The notes: a model not told the origin generated them from the sequence alone. Shown: positions 32,879-44,569, numbered from the stretch's first letter. The stretch is 64,000 bases of DNA from an uncultured virus (IMG/VR IMGVR_UViG_2049941000_000050) (IMGVR_UViG_2049941000_000050), one strand, 5' to 3'. Numbers and translations: made by a program.

Positions 32879-35037
32879 TTATCGGTGTCCTTCGGTTGGG
32901 TTTTCGTCTCTTTGAAAAGGTTTTGGGCTATTACGGAGGGCTCGCTTATCAGGCTGAATCCGTAATCTGTCAGCGACAACTCGCTGTACTCCGCCATCTC
33001 GGTCCAGCTGTGGTATCTGGCGTCGGCGGCTCTCTTCGGGTAGAACCTTATGTCGAGGTTCAATGCCGTGGCGTCTTCAACGCACACCTGGACTACGATG
33101 TCGGTAGTGTTGTTGATTTCCTCTATCTGGGGGACGCCTTTAAATCCGAGCGGGTTTTTGCCCTTGTTCAGCTGGTAAAGGTCGGCGGCGACCTGGACGT
33201 ACCGCGTGTGCTTCAGCTCGTCGTAATACCTGACTATATCCCCGAGCACCGCTTCTTTTACCGCCGCGTCCAACAGTGACAGCTGGTTTTTGTTGTCCGA
33301 CGTGATGCGGAAGCTGAAAATCGTGTAGTTGTTCTCGGAGGTGGGGTATTCCGCGCCGTCGGTTCCTGTCCGTTTGTGTCTGTCGGTCGAGATGAAAATC
33401 TTGTACAGCGAGCTGAACTTGTCAAAGGCGTCCATCATCTTGACCGAGTTCACCTTTTCCCTGAGGACACCCTTCTCGCCGCAGAGCCGCGTAATCTTTT
33501 TCTCGATTTTCCTCGCGGTCTGCTCGTATTTCCCGGAATCCTCCCCGCTGAGCGATGCGCGGATATATTCGGACAGAAGGTACTTGTATCTTCTCGTCCA
33601 CTCGAGGATGTAGAAGTTAAAAACCTTGGACATTTCCACAAAACCGCCCGGAAGCGAGTTCAGCTTGGAGAGGTCGATTTCGAGACCGTTTTCGCCGCCG
33701 CTTTTTTTCCTTTTTTCGACAAGCTCCCTTATGTCGTCGGCGCACTGCGAGATGTTCAGCGCGAGCTGTTTCAGCCCGTCCCCAACCTTCTTCATAACCA
33801 GGTTGGTCAGATGCTTGTTGAAATCTTCGGTAAACCCGCTCTCGGACGGGTCCCCCTACTGGCGCACGATTTTGACGTTCTCCACCTTCCCGTTTTCAAC
33901 GGTGAACGTTGAGACCGTGTTGAATTTCAGATACTTGGACTTGTAGTAGTTCAGTTTTACCTCGACGAAAAAACACCTGTCGGGCCTTTCACTGACCATT
34001 TTCCCGATTTCTTTTTTATCCTGGGTGGCATCCCCGTCAAGCGAGACAAAAACGTCGGAGTGCTTATCCCCGCCGACATTTACCGCGTAGGTTTTTTCCG
34101 GACCGCCGCCGAGTTTCTCCCTCAGCGCGTCGTTCAGTTTCTGGGCAACCTCCTTCTCCCGCTTCTGCCACCGCGCTTCCTCTTTGCTTTTGGACTCCTT
34201 CAAGGTTTTTCTGGACTTTTCCTTGGTCGAGGGAAGCGACGTTTTCTGTGAAAACTCTTTTCTAAGGGCTCTGACCCTTTCTTCGGTCTCGGCGACCGTT
34301 GAACCGGGAAGCGTGATACTGCCGTCTAGAATCGGGAACGACACCTTAACCGAGGCTCCATCCTGCTCCAGCGTGCAGACCTCCATAGCCAGAATGTTGT
34401 CCAGTTTGTCGACAAATTCCTGGTCGGTCTTGGTGAACAGCTTTTTCCTCGACCTGTTGCTCGCCAAGTGGTTCCCGAGCGTGTTGAGAATCCTTTCGAA
34501 CGTATTATGCGGGTTCAGAAGGTCTTTGAGAAGCTCCCTGAAACCCTTTTTGGACAAATATTCCCTTTTTTCCGCCCATCCCCAGTTCTCGGAAGGATGG
34601 ATTAGTGTGTTTTTATAAAGCTGGTTCGACCGCGATATGAGGGTGTTAAGGTCGGTCGGGCTTTTCTTGTCATAACCGCCGCCGGACTTGCTCTTTACAG
34701 AAAAGTCGGTGAACCTCAGGCACTCCTTGCCTTTTCTGTCGGTGGTGGCGACGAAATTCACGGTGATGACGTAATTCCGCTTGTAAACTTTGTCCACGTA
34801 CACCTTCTGTCCTCTCGGGAACTTTTTCTAAACGGGTCCGGAATACAGTTTCGCCATCAGCTCGGCGACGCTGAGCGGCGGCGCAGAACTGGCTTCCTCA
34901 TCCTCGTCCCCCTCTTCCTTGCCGTTTTCGGAATCGGGGGAATCCGGTTCCTGTCGCTCCTATTCGGATTCGAGAAGTGACGACCCATTTTCAAAGAAAA
35001 ACTCTTTGAAAGAAATAATGTCCATTGTCCGACTCAT
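32875..35037 (-). CDS. ~720-aa protein with PD-(D/E)xK-like motif, probable head protein (TAGs 34962, 34830, 33858)
   Basis: In-frame joins; ATGA overlaps at both ends; SDVFVS...FVEVK; N-terminal ISFKEFFFE...LLESE. Confidence 0.7.
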
Positions 35038-36338
35038 TTCTTAAGAAGGTGCATAATCTGGTTTATCTGTCCGAACTGCCCGACGATTTTGTAGCATTTG
35101 CCGGTTTTACCGATTTTAATCACGACGCCCTCACTGGGGAAGTAATTGTCCTTCCAGTCGTTCAGCTTCTTCATGTTGCGGTTGAAGAGGCGGAGCTTGT
35201 CGCTGGTCAGCTTCCCGTTGTCCCTCTCAATCTCGCTAATCACGCTCTCGAGCTCGAGAACCAGCTTTTGCGAGGTTTTTGCCGGGTCGGCGGAAAGAAA
35301 GCCCATAAGATTCCTCATAAGGAGCGTCCCCGCCTTAGAGACGAGTTGTTCGACCGGGCGCATGATTTCCTCATTCATCTGGTCCCTCCCCCCGTCCAGT
35401 GTCTCTATGACCTTCTTGTACTCCTTCGAGTGGACGTTGACCCCGGCTCGCTTCGCGAACGTACAGATGTCGGCTTTGGTCGGGCGTTTGTGGGACATGT
35501 GGTTTAGGCGGTCTGCCAGCTCGCGGACGAACGGGCAGTCCGTGTCGACGCAGATATTGTTGTGGTTGCAGACGTTGATGATGTAGCGTTTCAGACGCTG
35601 GTTCGCATAGTCCTGAATCGTTGTGTTTAGCGAAAACCCGTCCAGAATCTTGTCAAAATCCTCAAGAAGTGTATCCAGAGCCTTTTTCGCGTTGACCGAG
35701 TCTTTGATTCTGAGAAGGTTCTGTTCGGTTATCTCGAACATTTCCTGGACAAGCGCGTTGTTCCTCTTTAACGTTTCGTAAAGCCACTTCGCGGAATCGC
35801 GGTCCTCGGAAATCTTATTGAACTTCGGGTCGAATACGTCAATTCCGTTAATCTGGAGGAAACACTTGTTGCCATAGTCGAGGATGTTCTTACACGGTGG
35901 ATAGACAATCTCGATATTGGCGAAGTTCTGCCCGTTGTTGAAAACCTTGTTGAGGTCCGTTGGGTCAATGGTCTTGAGCGCGGAGCAAAAATCCCTAGCG
36001 GAGCGGGTGAAGGCGTCCCTCAGTTTGGGGTTCCCGTCGAAATGGCACCCGAGGTGCTCGAGGTTCATCGGGTTTCGGAGGCTTTCCTTGTTTCTCGCGT
36101 ACCCGAACTTCCCGTCCTTGTACGTCACCATCAGGTTCATCCCGTCGATTTTCTCTCGGAGAACAGTTTTTCCTTGGAACACGTCCTGGAAAATCTGGCG
36201 CATCTCGTTGAAGGTCATCTTCCCATCTTGATATAGGTGTTGGATGCTTCCGCCCGCGCCGCCTTCCAAAAGAAGGTCCGCATCGTTGAAAGATTCGTTA
36301 ACAATCCGGAGCAAGTCAAGTCTGTTGTCGCTGTTCAT
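35034..36338 (-). CDS. Nucleotidyltransferase/RNA-ligase-like fold protein (DUF6267-like)
   Basis: LLEGGAGG..H, EKIDG (KxDG), EGVVIK...YKIVGQF. Confidence 0.6.
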   Translation of the reverse strand: MNSDNRLDLLRIVNESFNDADLLLEGGAGGSIQHLYQDGKMTFNEMRQIFQDVFQGKTVLREKIDGMNLMVTYKDGKFGYARNKESLRNPMNLEHLGCHFDGNPKLRDAFTRSARDFCSALKTIDPTDLNKVFNNGQNFANIEIVYPPCKNILDYGNKCFLQINGIDVFDPKFNKISEDRDSAKWLYETLKRNNALVQEMFEITEQNLLRIKDSVNAKKALDTLLEDFDKILDGFSLNTTIQDYANQRLKRYIINVCNHNNICVDTDCPFVRELADRLNHMSHKRPTKADICTFAKRAGVNVHSKEYKKVIETLDGGRDQMNEEIMRPVEQLVSKAGTLLMRNLMGFLSADPAKTSQKLVLELESVISEIERDNGKLTSDKLRLFNRNMKKLNDWKDNYFPSEGVVIKIGKTGKCYKIVGQFGQINQIMHLLKK

Positions 36339-36368
36339 AGTAAATTTTCCCAAAGTCCCCGTTCTTCT

Positions 36369-36455
36369 TATTTACGCCCCCAAAACGGCAAAAAAACCCG
36401 ATGGAGTAAATAACACCACGTCTAAATTGTCTGTATAATATTTAACATATTATAC
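36369..36455. promoter_or_regulatory. Divergent promoter cluster: GTAAATA on both strands plus palindromic GTATAATAT pair
   Basis: TATTTAC 36369-75 (-), GTAAATA 36406-12 (+), GTATAATAT-TTAAC-ATATTATAC 36433-55. Confidence 0.65.
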
Positions 36456-36471
36456 GGATTTCATTCGGAAA

Positions 36472-37107
36472 ATGAACAGCAAAAAGAAACAGCCCGAGAG
36501 AAAAGGCAAGTGCGCCCAGCAATAGCACAAAAGGACGAACAACCCGTTCCTCCACAAAAACAAAAAACCGGCGAAATCGATTCTCGAAATGACGGATGAA
36601 GAGCTGGAAAAAAGAATATAGGAGAAAAAGAGGAGGGACGAGCTGAACAAGGAGCGGTACTACGTCAACAACGCCGACCTCATTCGCGAGCTGGAGAGAT
36701 GGCGCGACAGCGGACCGACTTACGAAACGCGGGTAAAACCCTCCGACGATTTGGGGAGAATGTTCCTGGAGTTGGCGAGAAAGATATCCAACCATTCGAA
36801 TTTCCGAAACTACACCCTCGAGATGAAACAGGACATGATTGGGCACGCCTGCGAGAAGATGGTCCAGAGCGGGCTGAAAAACTACAACTTCAAATACACT
36901 AACGCGTTCGCCTACTTCTCCCAGACTTGCTTCAACGCCTTCAAAACCTACCTTTCCCAACACTACAAGCAGATTAACCTGAAAAGAAAATACACCAAGG
37001 ACGCCATTTTGGAACTGGACGTCCACATGCCGAACTCCGGGATGTCGAAATGCCTCGAAAACCAGTTCACCGGGAACGATTTCGACGATTTTTCGGATTT
37101 CGACTGA
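36472..37107 (+). CDS. Late-transcription sigma factor, T4 gp55-like (TAGs 36523, 36619)
   Basis: YYVNNADL...LGRMFLELARKISNHSNFRNYT...KQDMI...NAFAYFSQTCFNAF parallels gp55 YVNNKEL...FNFSGYT...WKQEMI...PHAYITQACFNAF. Confidence 0.88.
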
Positions 37108-37123
37108 TTCCGCGGGGGGAAAA

Positions 37124-37702
37124 ATGTCAACCGAGAAAATAAACCAGGCTCTGGGAATCGAGTCCATAGACTCGTTCCTTTCGTCGCTGAACGTGGACGA
37201 CGAGAAGATAAGACAGCTCGACGACATCGATACCCAGGTGAGGGGAGACGTTGAGAAAATAGACAAACAGATTTAGAACTTCAAGGAATCCGGGATTCAG
37301 GGGGTGAACCTGGACGACATAGACAGCTCACTCAGGCACATAAACGAGCTGATTGAGATTTCGAAGGACACGATACGGTTCGTCTACAACCAACTCACCG
37401 ACTCGGAACTGGTGGATTCGGAACTGGTCTCGAGCTTCTCGAAGCTCTTGGAGGCGGTCCACATCCAAATCCAGGAATACATAAGCCTGTACAAAGACCG
37501 CCAGAGCTTTTACTACAAGGTGAGGCTGGCGGCGATAAACCACAGCAACAAGCTCGAACAGATAAGGCTGAAACACAACCTGGATTTGGAAAAAATAGAG
37601 AAAATCAGGAAAAAGGGCGACAGCGTGGACGTTGAAAACCGGTACACCTATTCACAGGAAGACCTGATAAGCGAGCTCGACAAGATGGAGCAATCGCTCT
37701 GA
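37124..37702 (+). CDS. Helical hypothetical protein (TAG 37274)
   Basis: ATG 37124 is in frame with 37304..37702 through one TAG. Confidence 0.7.
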
Positions 37703-37709
37703 AAAGCCG

Positions 37710-38789
37710 TTATCCCTCGCCGCCGTCGGGGAAGGGATATTCCCAATCGCGATTAACGTCGCCGCCGTTGATATGCATCAGGTCGTCGCTGATGTTGTCG
37801 ATGAGGTCGATTCTCCCGTCGACGAACTCCCTCAGACCGCGAACATGGTCCGCGTCGACATCGGTTATCGTGGAAATATTGTCCTCTATGTAGGTACAGA
37901 GATAACTGTCCAGACCGACAACATCCGACGCGCCGACACTGACCATAGTAGAGACATTTGCCTCGATGAAATCGCTGAGGTGCTGGTCAAGTCCGGAAAC
38001 CTGGTCCACGCTGATACTGAGGTCACCCGTCACCGTCTGGTCAATGAAGCTCTCCAAACCGACAACGTCCTCCGCCTTTACCTTCATACCATAGGCAATG
38101 CACTCCAACGGGATGGAGACCTTCCGTCTCTGGTAATTTTTACAAATACCGTTAAAATCCACTCTGGGGTGGGGGTTAAAAACATGCTTTCCACCAAAAA
38201 ATGGCGGTTTCGGCATCGGGTACGGCTAGAAAGACGAGTACTCGGAAAGGAGCCCATACCCATAGTCGCACATGTGCGGTCTATATACTCCGTCCGGACG
38301 TTTCGGGGGGCAACCGTTACCCCCCGGGTTCCTAAAATTTTCAAAAAGGACAAAATTTTCGGGATTTGTGCAAATAAGGTCTGAACGAGTTGAACCGTTG
38401 TAATATTGGAGTCTACGTTTGTCCATGTCCTGTTTACAGAAAACACAGTTGAAACAACAATCCGGGTTTATTTTTTCGTAATGTATTCTCTTAGCGTAAG
38501 ACTCTATATCGTCAACCGGGTTGTACTGGAGTGTGACCACCGAATTGTAGTTGGCTACATTCCGCTCAAACTCTCTACAAGCGTCCTTCAGAAGAATATA
38601 GTCGTCTGAAACGTAAATCGGGTCTTCATCTACATCGTTGTAAACCCTAACGGTATACACGTACACGGTTTCCATTGATGGGAGGTCTTTTACACTCTTT
38701 TCCAATGAGACTGTATACTTTATTTCGTTCTTGTAGTTTTTTATCTCGACAGTCTTCTGAGTTTCTTGAATTCTCGTTCTGCGTTTCAT
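37710..38789 (-). CDS. Hypothetical virion-type protein with 'V.GL..' repeats (TAG 38228)
   Basis: Joins two ORFs; ATG 8 nt after GTAAATA; repeats DVVGLES/QVSGLDQ/DVVGLDS/HVRGLRE. Confidence 0.7.
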
Positions 38790-38810
38790 ACTGGGATTAT
38801 TTACAAAAAG

Positions 38811-38840
38811 AAAAAGCCCGGATTTCTCCGGGCTTTTTTT
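38811..38840. terminator. Intrinsic terminator after capsid gene
   Basis: AAAAAGCCCGGA-TTTC-TCCGGGCTTTTTTT. Confidence 0.85.
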
Positions 38841-38866
38841 ATCAGACTTGTCGTCCAATGCCTTTA

Positions 38867-40432
38867 TCAAGCAAACACGGTACCGTTCTTCACGGTCGTG
38901 TACGGCTGGATGAACTGGCGTTCGCCGTTTGCCCAGTTGTACGGGGAGGTCAGACCCTCGACCATGATGTAGTGGTAGTAGTTCTTGGCATCCCAGACGC
39001 TGTTCATGATGCCGTAACGGGTGCGGGCACCAATCCGAGGGGTCATGGTGAACGGGTCGAGAACGCGTTGCAACTGCACCGGGACGTACGGGCAGTAGAT
39101 GATGCCGTTGTCGGCGGGGTGTGCGCCCTTGTAACCCATGACGATGTAATCGCCGACCGCGAACACGTCGCGGACCAGAAGTTGCTGACCGTCGTTCAAC
39201 AGACCGACCTTAGTCAACGCGCCGACGCCGGAATCCGGAACGCTCGGTGTATTCTTCGAGTTCTGGAATGAGACGAACTTTTCACGGCTCATCTGCTCGA
39301 GCAACGCGCAGACGCGAGGCGAAGTCACGACGAAGTTGGCGTGACCGCGACGGGTGCGGATGGCAATCTGGTTGGCTTCGATGGTAATCTGGGTCAACAG
39401 GGTCTGCAAACGTCCCATCTGGTCGAGGCCGTCCGCATACGCGGGGTTCCATGCGGTGACGGAGCCACCGACGATGGCGGTCTTCACCATCTCGGTGATG
39501 AGCTGACGGTCGATTTCCGCGCCGAGCTCGTAGGAAACCAGCTTCACGAACTCAGACTCAACGTCGAAGTTGTGGATGGCATCCATGTCCTCGGCCAGTT
39601 CGGGAGACCAACCAGCACCGAGCTTACGGGTCTTCGCCTCAACCATGGTCTTGAGGAAGTCGAAGCTCACGGTCGGATACGAACCGTCCAAGAACGAAGC
39701 GTATTCGGAAGCGGTTCCGACTTCGCGACCCTGACCGGTCCAAGGCTTCAGGCCGTCGGTGCCGAGATAGGCTTTCCACGCGGCTTCCTTGGTGGGAACG
39801 GTGGCTCCGCTGACGGTCTCGCCGGTGAACTCGATTTGGTCGGGGGCGTTCTCGGAGGTCAGCGAGGTCAGGTTGGTCAGTTCAACGCCGGTGTACCGGG
39901 TGTCGGTCGGATTGAAGCCGATTTCGGTCTCGGGAAGTGCCACCTTGGGTTGAAGTTCCGGACGGATGGTGTTGCCCAGCCAGCCGTCGGAGCCGTACTT
40001 GGCGCGGTACGCCAGAGCGTAGCCCACGGGACCGTTCATCGCCTGGACGCCGACCAGCTCATGCGCGATGAGGGACGGGAACAGACGGCGGACCATCGGC
40101 ATGATAGCGTTAGGCAGATAGTAGTCGCCGTAATTACCACCCCTGGCGATAGCGTCGCGACCAAAATCGCCCTTCATGAAGCCGGTAGAATACTTGCCGT
40201 TCTTAGAGACCGGACGCGGCTCGCCCAGCGGGCGCGGAGCACCAGCCGCCATGCCGACGCCGGTGGCCTCGGTCAGTATGCCAGCGTTTACGAATTCGCG
40301 GGCGGTGTTCTCAAGCAACTGCGAGAGGGACTTCTTGACCTCGAAGCTCTGAACCTTCTCGGCTCCGGCTTCGACGATAGGTGCCCAGCGTCTCATCACA
40401 GTTTCGATGTCTTCAATAACTCTCTTAGCCAT
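38867..40432 (-). CDS. Major capsid protein, T4 gp23-like
   Basis: MVRRLFPSLIAHELVGVQAMNGPVG, EAKTRKL...ELAED, EIDR, YCPYVP, PRIGARTRYG; LTE|A cleavage-like site. Confidence 0.97.
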   Translation of the reverse strand: MAKRVIEDIETVMRRWAPIVEAGAEKVQSFEVKKSLSQLLENTAREFVNAGILTEATGVGMAAGAPRPLGEPRPVSKNGKYSTGFMKGDFGRDAIARGGNYGDYYLPNAIMPMVRRLFPSLIAHELVGVQAMNGPVGYALAYRAKYGSDGWLGNTIRPELQPKVALPETEIGFNPTDTRYTGVELTNLTSLTSENAPDQIEFTGETVSGATVPTKEAAWKAYLGTDGLKPWTGQGREVGTASEYASFLDGSYPTVSFDFLKTMVEAKTRKLGAGWSPELAEDMDAIHNFDVESEFVKLVSYELGAEIDRQLITEMVKTAIVGGSVTAWNPAYADGLDQMGRLQTLLTQITIEANQIAIRTRRGHANFVVTSPRVCALLEQMSREKFVSFQNSKNTPSVPDSGVGALTKVGLLNDGQQLLVRDVFAVGDYIVMGYKGAHPADNGIIYCPYVPVQLQRVLDPFTMTPRIGARTRYGIMNSVWDAKNYYHYIMVEGLTSPYNWANGERQFIQPYTTVKNGTVFA

Positions 40433-40458
40433 TTTTCTTTATCCTTTTGTTCTTTGGC

Positions 40459-41445
40459 TTAGTTTTTCGGGGTGATGCGTTCAAGGATTTCAATCCAGTT
40501 CTGCATCATCGACTCGGTGATTTTCACCTCGGCATCCTCTTCGTCAGCCTCGGGTTCCTCTTCCTCACCTTTGTCGGCGGTCCGAACCGGAATGTTTTCC
40601 GTATTTCCCTTTTCCTCATCACCGGTCTTTTCGGAAGTTTCTACCTCGTTCTTTTCCAGAATGTCGGCTATCGCCTCCTCCAAGTTCTTTTCTTCCTGAA
40701 TCTGGTCCGCCTCGCGGACAACCTCTTCGTGCACAGACTCAAGGATTTTCTTGAAATTCTTCTCGTCCTCGACCTCTCTCAAAGACAGTTTCGAAAGGAT
40801 TTTCCTCGCTTTCCTGGACTCGGCTATCGGAAGGTTCTTCGTCTTTTGCTTGATGATTCCCCTCTTAACGATTTCCTGATACCCGTTGGAAAGCTTGTCG
40901 GTTTTTTCCGCGGCTTCTTTGAGGATTCTCTTGTATTTACTGACCTGTTTCTTCAGGTCTTCGTTTTCGCTCATCAGCTTCTCGTCGCGCTCGTCTCTGA
41001 GCTGGCTGATTTTCTCCTCGGCGTCGCCGACAACCAGCATCTCCTTTAGCGACTCGAGCAACTGCTCCTGCTTCTGCATCCGCTTGTAATCAACGATTTC
41101 CTTCTTCGGAAGCACTTTCTCGATGTGTTTTCCGAGATACTTGTCGACGGACTCGATTACGAGGTTGAGGTCCTTCTTGCGGTCAATCTCGTTCGCCTTC
41201 TGAAGAATCATCTTCTGCTTCCTGGCGATGCTCTCGAAAATTTTCCGGAATTCCGCCTCGTTCTGTTTTTCGACAACCTTCCGGGTCGCCTCTATAGCCC
41301 GGTCCCTGGTCTCCGCCAGTTTGGTCTGGAGGTCCAGCATGAACGTGTCCAGACTCTGCTTTTGCGACTCGGTAAGCTTTACTCCGGCTTGTTCAAACGC
41401 CGCGAGCAAGTTGTCGTAGCTTTTTCTTAGTGATTTAATCGTCAT
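40459..41445 (-). CDS. Prohead core scaffolding protein, gp22-like
   Basis: Charged helical protein directly upstream of gp23; ESVDKYL; many [ILV]xES motifs. Confidence 0.7.
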   Translation of the reverse strand: MTIKSLRKSYDNLLAAFEQAGVKLTESQKQSLDTFMLDLQTKLAETRDRAIEATRKVVEKQNEAEFRKIFESIARKQKMILQKANEIDRKKDLNLVIESVDKYLGKHIEKVLPKKEIVDYKRMQKQEQLLESLKEMLVVGDAEEKISQLRDERDEKLMSENEDLKKQVSKYKRILKEAAEKTDKLSNGYQEIVKRGIIKQKTKNLPIAESRKARKILSKLSLREVEDEKNFKKILESVHEEVVREADQIQEEKNLEEAIADILEKNEVETSEKTGDEEKGNTENIPVRTADKGEEEEPEADEEDAEVKITESMMQNWIEILERITPKN

Positions 41446-41546
41446 GATAAAAATCCTATGGTGTGCTTTCCGATTGAAGTTATTTACGGCTTATTAACAA
41501 AAACGGCGTCAAAAAACGCCATTTTTGTTAAAAAATTTTGATTTTT

Positions 41547-43498
41547 TTATCCTAAACCGAGCGGACGCTCCTCGTTTTCGCCCTCTTTGGGGGCTTCGGG
41601 GGGTTCTTCGCCGGGTTCCGGTGCCTCGGGAACCTCGGGCGGTCCCTCTTCCTCCGGAGCCGCGCCCCCTTCCCCGCCACCCTCTGTCGGCGTCTCTTCG
41701 TCGCCGGAAAGGCGAATCGGGGACTTGAAGTCGAGCGGTCTGTTCTCGTCGGAAATCCTGTCGGCATAGTAATCGGCGAGTGCGACCAGCTGTTTCTCCT
41801 TGATGAGGTTCAGGAAGTTCTGGTCGATTTGCTCGTCGGTCATCTTCAGAATCCGTTTCATCGCGTCGATTTTCGAAAGCTCGTCTTGGTCGACAACGGA
41901 CTTGTATGTATCCATCATCGCGGTTACCTTTTTCTGCGTCTGGTAGAGGTCGTAAAGAATCGGGGCGTTGAAATCGATGCTGAAGTCGGACTCCTTCATC
42001 TGATAGGTTTTCCAGAGCCCGACGAGTTTCAGATGGGTGATGAAGCTCCTCTTCAACCCCATAGCCATCTTTCTCTGGATTCGGATGACCATTCTCGCCA
42101 TCGAATATTCCTCGTAAGAGATGGTTTCGTCTCGCTCGAGTGAGTTTTCGGGTGCCTTGTACCTCGAGAACGGGACTTTAAACGCCTTGAAAAGCCCCCT
42201 CAGGAAGAACTCTATGTCCGCGATTTGCTCGTAGTCTGCCGTTGAGCCGACGGATTCTATGGTTGTGCCGTCGTTGGCGTTCGATTTCCCGAAAAAGTAT
42301 GTTTCGAGCATCGAAACCGGGTTGTAAACGCTGGTGATGTCTCTCTGCCCGTCGCCGTTGTGGTCGGTCGGCGTGACGATTCTTTTTGACTTGAGGTCAT
42401 TGGCGAAGTTTTTCAGCCTCTGGCGGGCGATTTTGTCCGAGACTCCCCCGGTGTTAATGTTGAACAGTAGCCGTTCCGGGGCTCTGGTCACGCGGAGAAT
42501 GACTGCCGCGTCTTTCATCAGGGCAAGCTGGTGGTACGGCTCGCGGCAGTTTTCCATAATCGGGTAGGTTATCAGACCGTCCTCGGAGGTCTCGCCGAAG
42601 GAAATGTAGGTTAACTGCGGCCACAGAAGCGGGATGAGGTTGTTGATGTTGAAGTCGACCATCGGCTGGGTGTTGACCATGTTGTTAAACACACACCTCG
42701 AGCCGAGACAACTGCTGGAGACGATTTGCTTGAGGTCGACGTTGAGCTGTTCCTTATTAAAGACGATTCCCATCGTCTTGATGCTGTGCCCGTTGACAAT
42801 CGTGTCGTAATACTCTGTCGGGAGATACTTAACGCCTATGATTCCGAGCTCTGGTTTATCGGGATTGATGATGTTCTCGTACGCGAGCTCCCCCTCGACA
42901 AGAAGCTTCTTCACCATCCAGAAGGAATCGTCCTTGAACTTGAACAGTTCGATAAACTTGTCGAACTGAAGCTGTAGAATGGTCCGCTTCTCGGAGTCGA
43001 GGTGTTTTTTGTTGGTCGGGATGGTGAGGCGTATGGACTGCCCGGTCTCGTCCTCGTGGAGAACGTCGTCCGCGATTTCGGACAGGCAGAAATTGCACTC
43101 GGAATACCGCGCCATTGCGCGGTACTGCCGTATTCGCTGAGGCTTGTTGGTGAAAACCGGGACGGCTTGAATCCCGTCGAAAACCGAGGTGTAATAGTCG
43201 TTGGTCTCGAAAACTTCGTCGTCCGGCTGGTATCTCGTGACGACGGACCTTCTGTCGATTATGTCTGCTATGTTGTTCTATGCGTTGGAAAACACCCTCA
43301 GATTGGGGTTCTTACGTTCGGCTTCCGCGCCGAACGGCCCGCCGTTTTCCTCATCGGGGGTACAGAGATANNNNNNNNNNNNNNNNNNNNNNNNNNNNNN
43401 NNNNNNNNNNNNNNNNNNNNNNNNNNNNNNNNNNNNCCGTGGTTAATAGACTTATTTTTATTGCTGTTCCTGTATCTTCTAAACAGAGTCTCAAACAT
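41547..43498 (-). CDS. Portal protein, T4 gp20-like (TAG 43280; spans N-gap)
   Basis: QYRAMA...EIADD, RVTRAPERLLFNI, SMLETYFF, DIEFF...VPFSR; N-terminus recovered only by read-through. Confidence 0.93.
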
Positions 43499-43558
43499 AA
43501 TCGTACCTTAACGGAAAAATCCCACGGGGGACTTTTCCCTCCGTGGGTTAGAAAAATA

Positions 43559-44248
43559 TTAGGCTACCGAAGGCGAGGTCAGTTTTTCGTTGGGGAGCTT
43601 CGCCCCGGCTTCAGCCATCTGATTCCAGAAAAACGTGTTCACGTAGGCGGGTGTCACGTCCGTTCTGGTTGCCAATTCGCTGAGCTTGCGGTTCAGTTTC
43701 TGCCAAAACCCGGTGTTTACCTAAACCACGAGAGTGAGCGGGGTTTTATCGTCGGTTAGGCAGTCGAATATGACCTCGGTTTCCTGTGCCCCCTGGTTTA
43801 CTTTTTTCGGCTAGGGGCTCAGGTCGCGGTACTTGTTTACTTCAAAGTTTTTTTTTAAGTCTTCCTCTTCAGACTCGTCACACTCTTCGCCGTCGCATTC
43901 CTAATCGGAGCATTCCCCATCGGCGCACTCTTTTCCGGACTCGGAAACCTCGGACTTAATTTGGGCGGTAACACTCTTAATCAAGCTGGAATCCGCGTTC
44001 GGGACCGACTCGTCGCACATCTCTACGGTTTCGTCTTCGGTCTCGTCGCCCGTGGTCTCGGCGATTTCCCCGTCCGGGGGGATGTCCTCTTCTTCTTCGT
44101 CGATGTCGATGTCTTCGCCGTCGATGTCTTCTTCATCCATGTCGGTGTCTTCGCTGTCGATTGCCTCGCGGAAGCATTCGTCGGAAAAGCGGTCTTCGTT
44201 AATCATTTTGACCCAGGCGTTCATGGTCGATTCGGAAATAAAGCTCAT
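43559..44248 (-). CDS. Acidic hypothetical (probable head) protein (TAGs 43903, 43813, 43723)
   Basis: Read-through extends the ORF to TAA 43561, just before a hairpin; GTAAATA upstream. Confidence 0.7.
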
Positions 44249-44293
44249 AAGAAAATCCTTCTGTTGAAATACTTTAAATTATTTACGAATTTT

Positions 44294-44569
44294 TCAGCGG
44301 ACGGCTTTTCCGTCCCGTATGAACCTTATCCTTTCCAGATAATCCTCGTCCGTCATTTCCGAGACCGGCTTTCCGTCTTTCGAGACCGCCGAGCTTTCCG
44401 AAATCAAAACGTTCCTTTCGGTTGGTTTCCTTCTCGACTCGGCGACCGCGGTACGGTTCCCGGACTCGAGGACCTTCCTTATTTTGGAAAGCTCGTCGGC
44501 TATGCTCTTCAGCTCCGCGGCGATGGTTTTAACGTAAGATACCAGAGTCACTTCGTTGGTGTTGGCCAT
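44294..44569 (-). CDS. Hypothetical protein
   Basis: 91-aa ORF with SD. Confidence 0.65.
   Translation of the reverse strand: MANTNEVTLVSYVKTIAAELKSIADELSKIRKVLESGNRTAVAESRRKPTERNVLISESSAVSKDGKPVSEMTDEDYLERIRFIRDGKAVR

Noticed and set aside
37124..37702. Small terminase (gp16) assignment
   Set aside because: Size and helicity fit, but no diagnostic motif recognised
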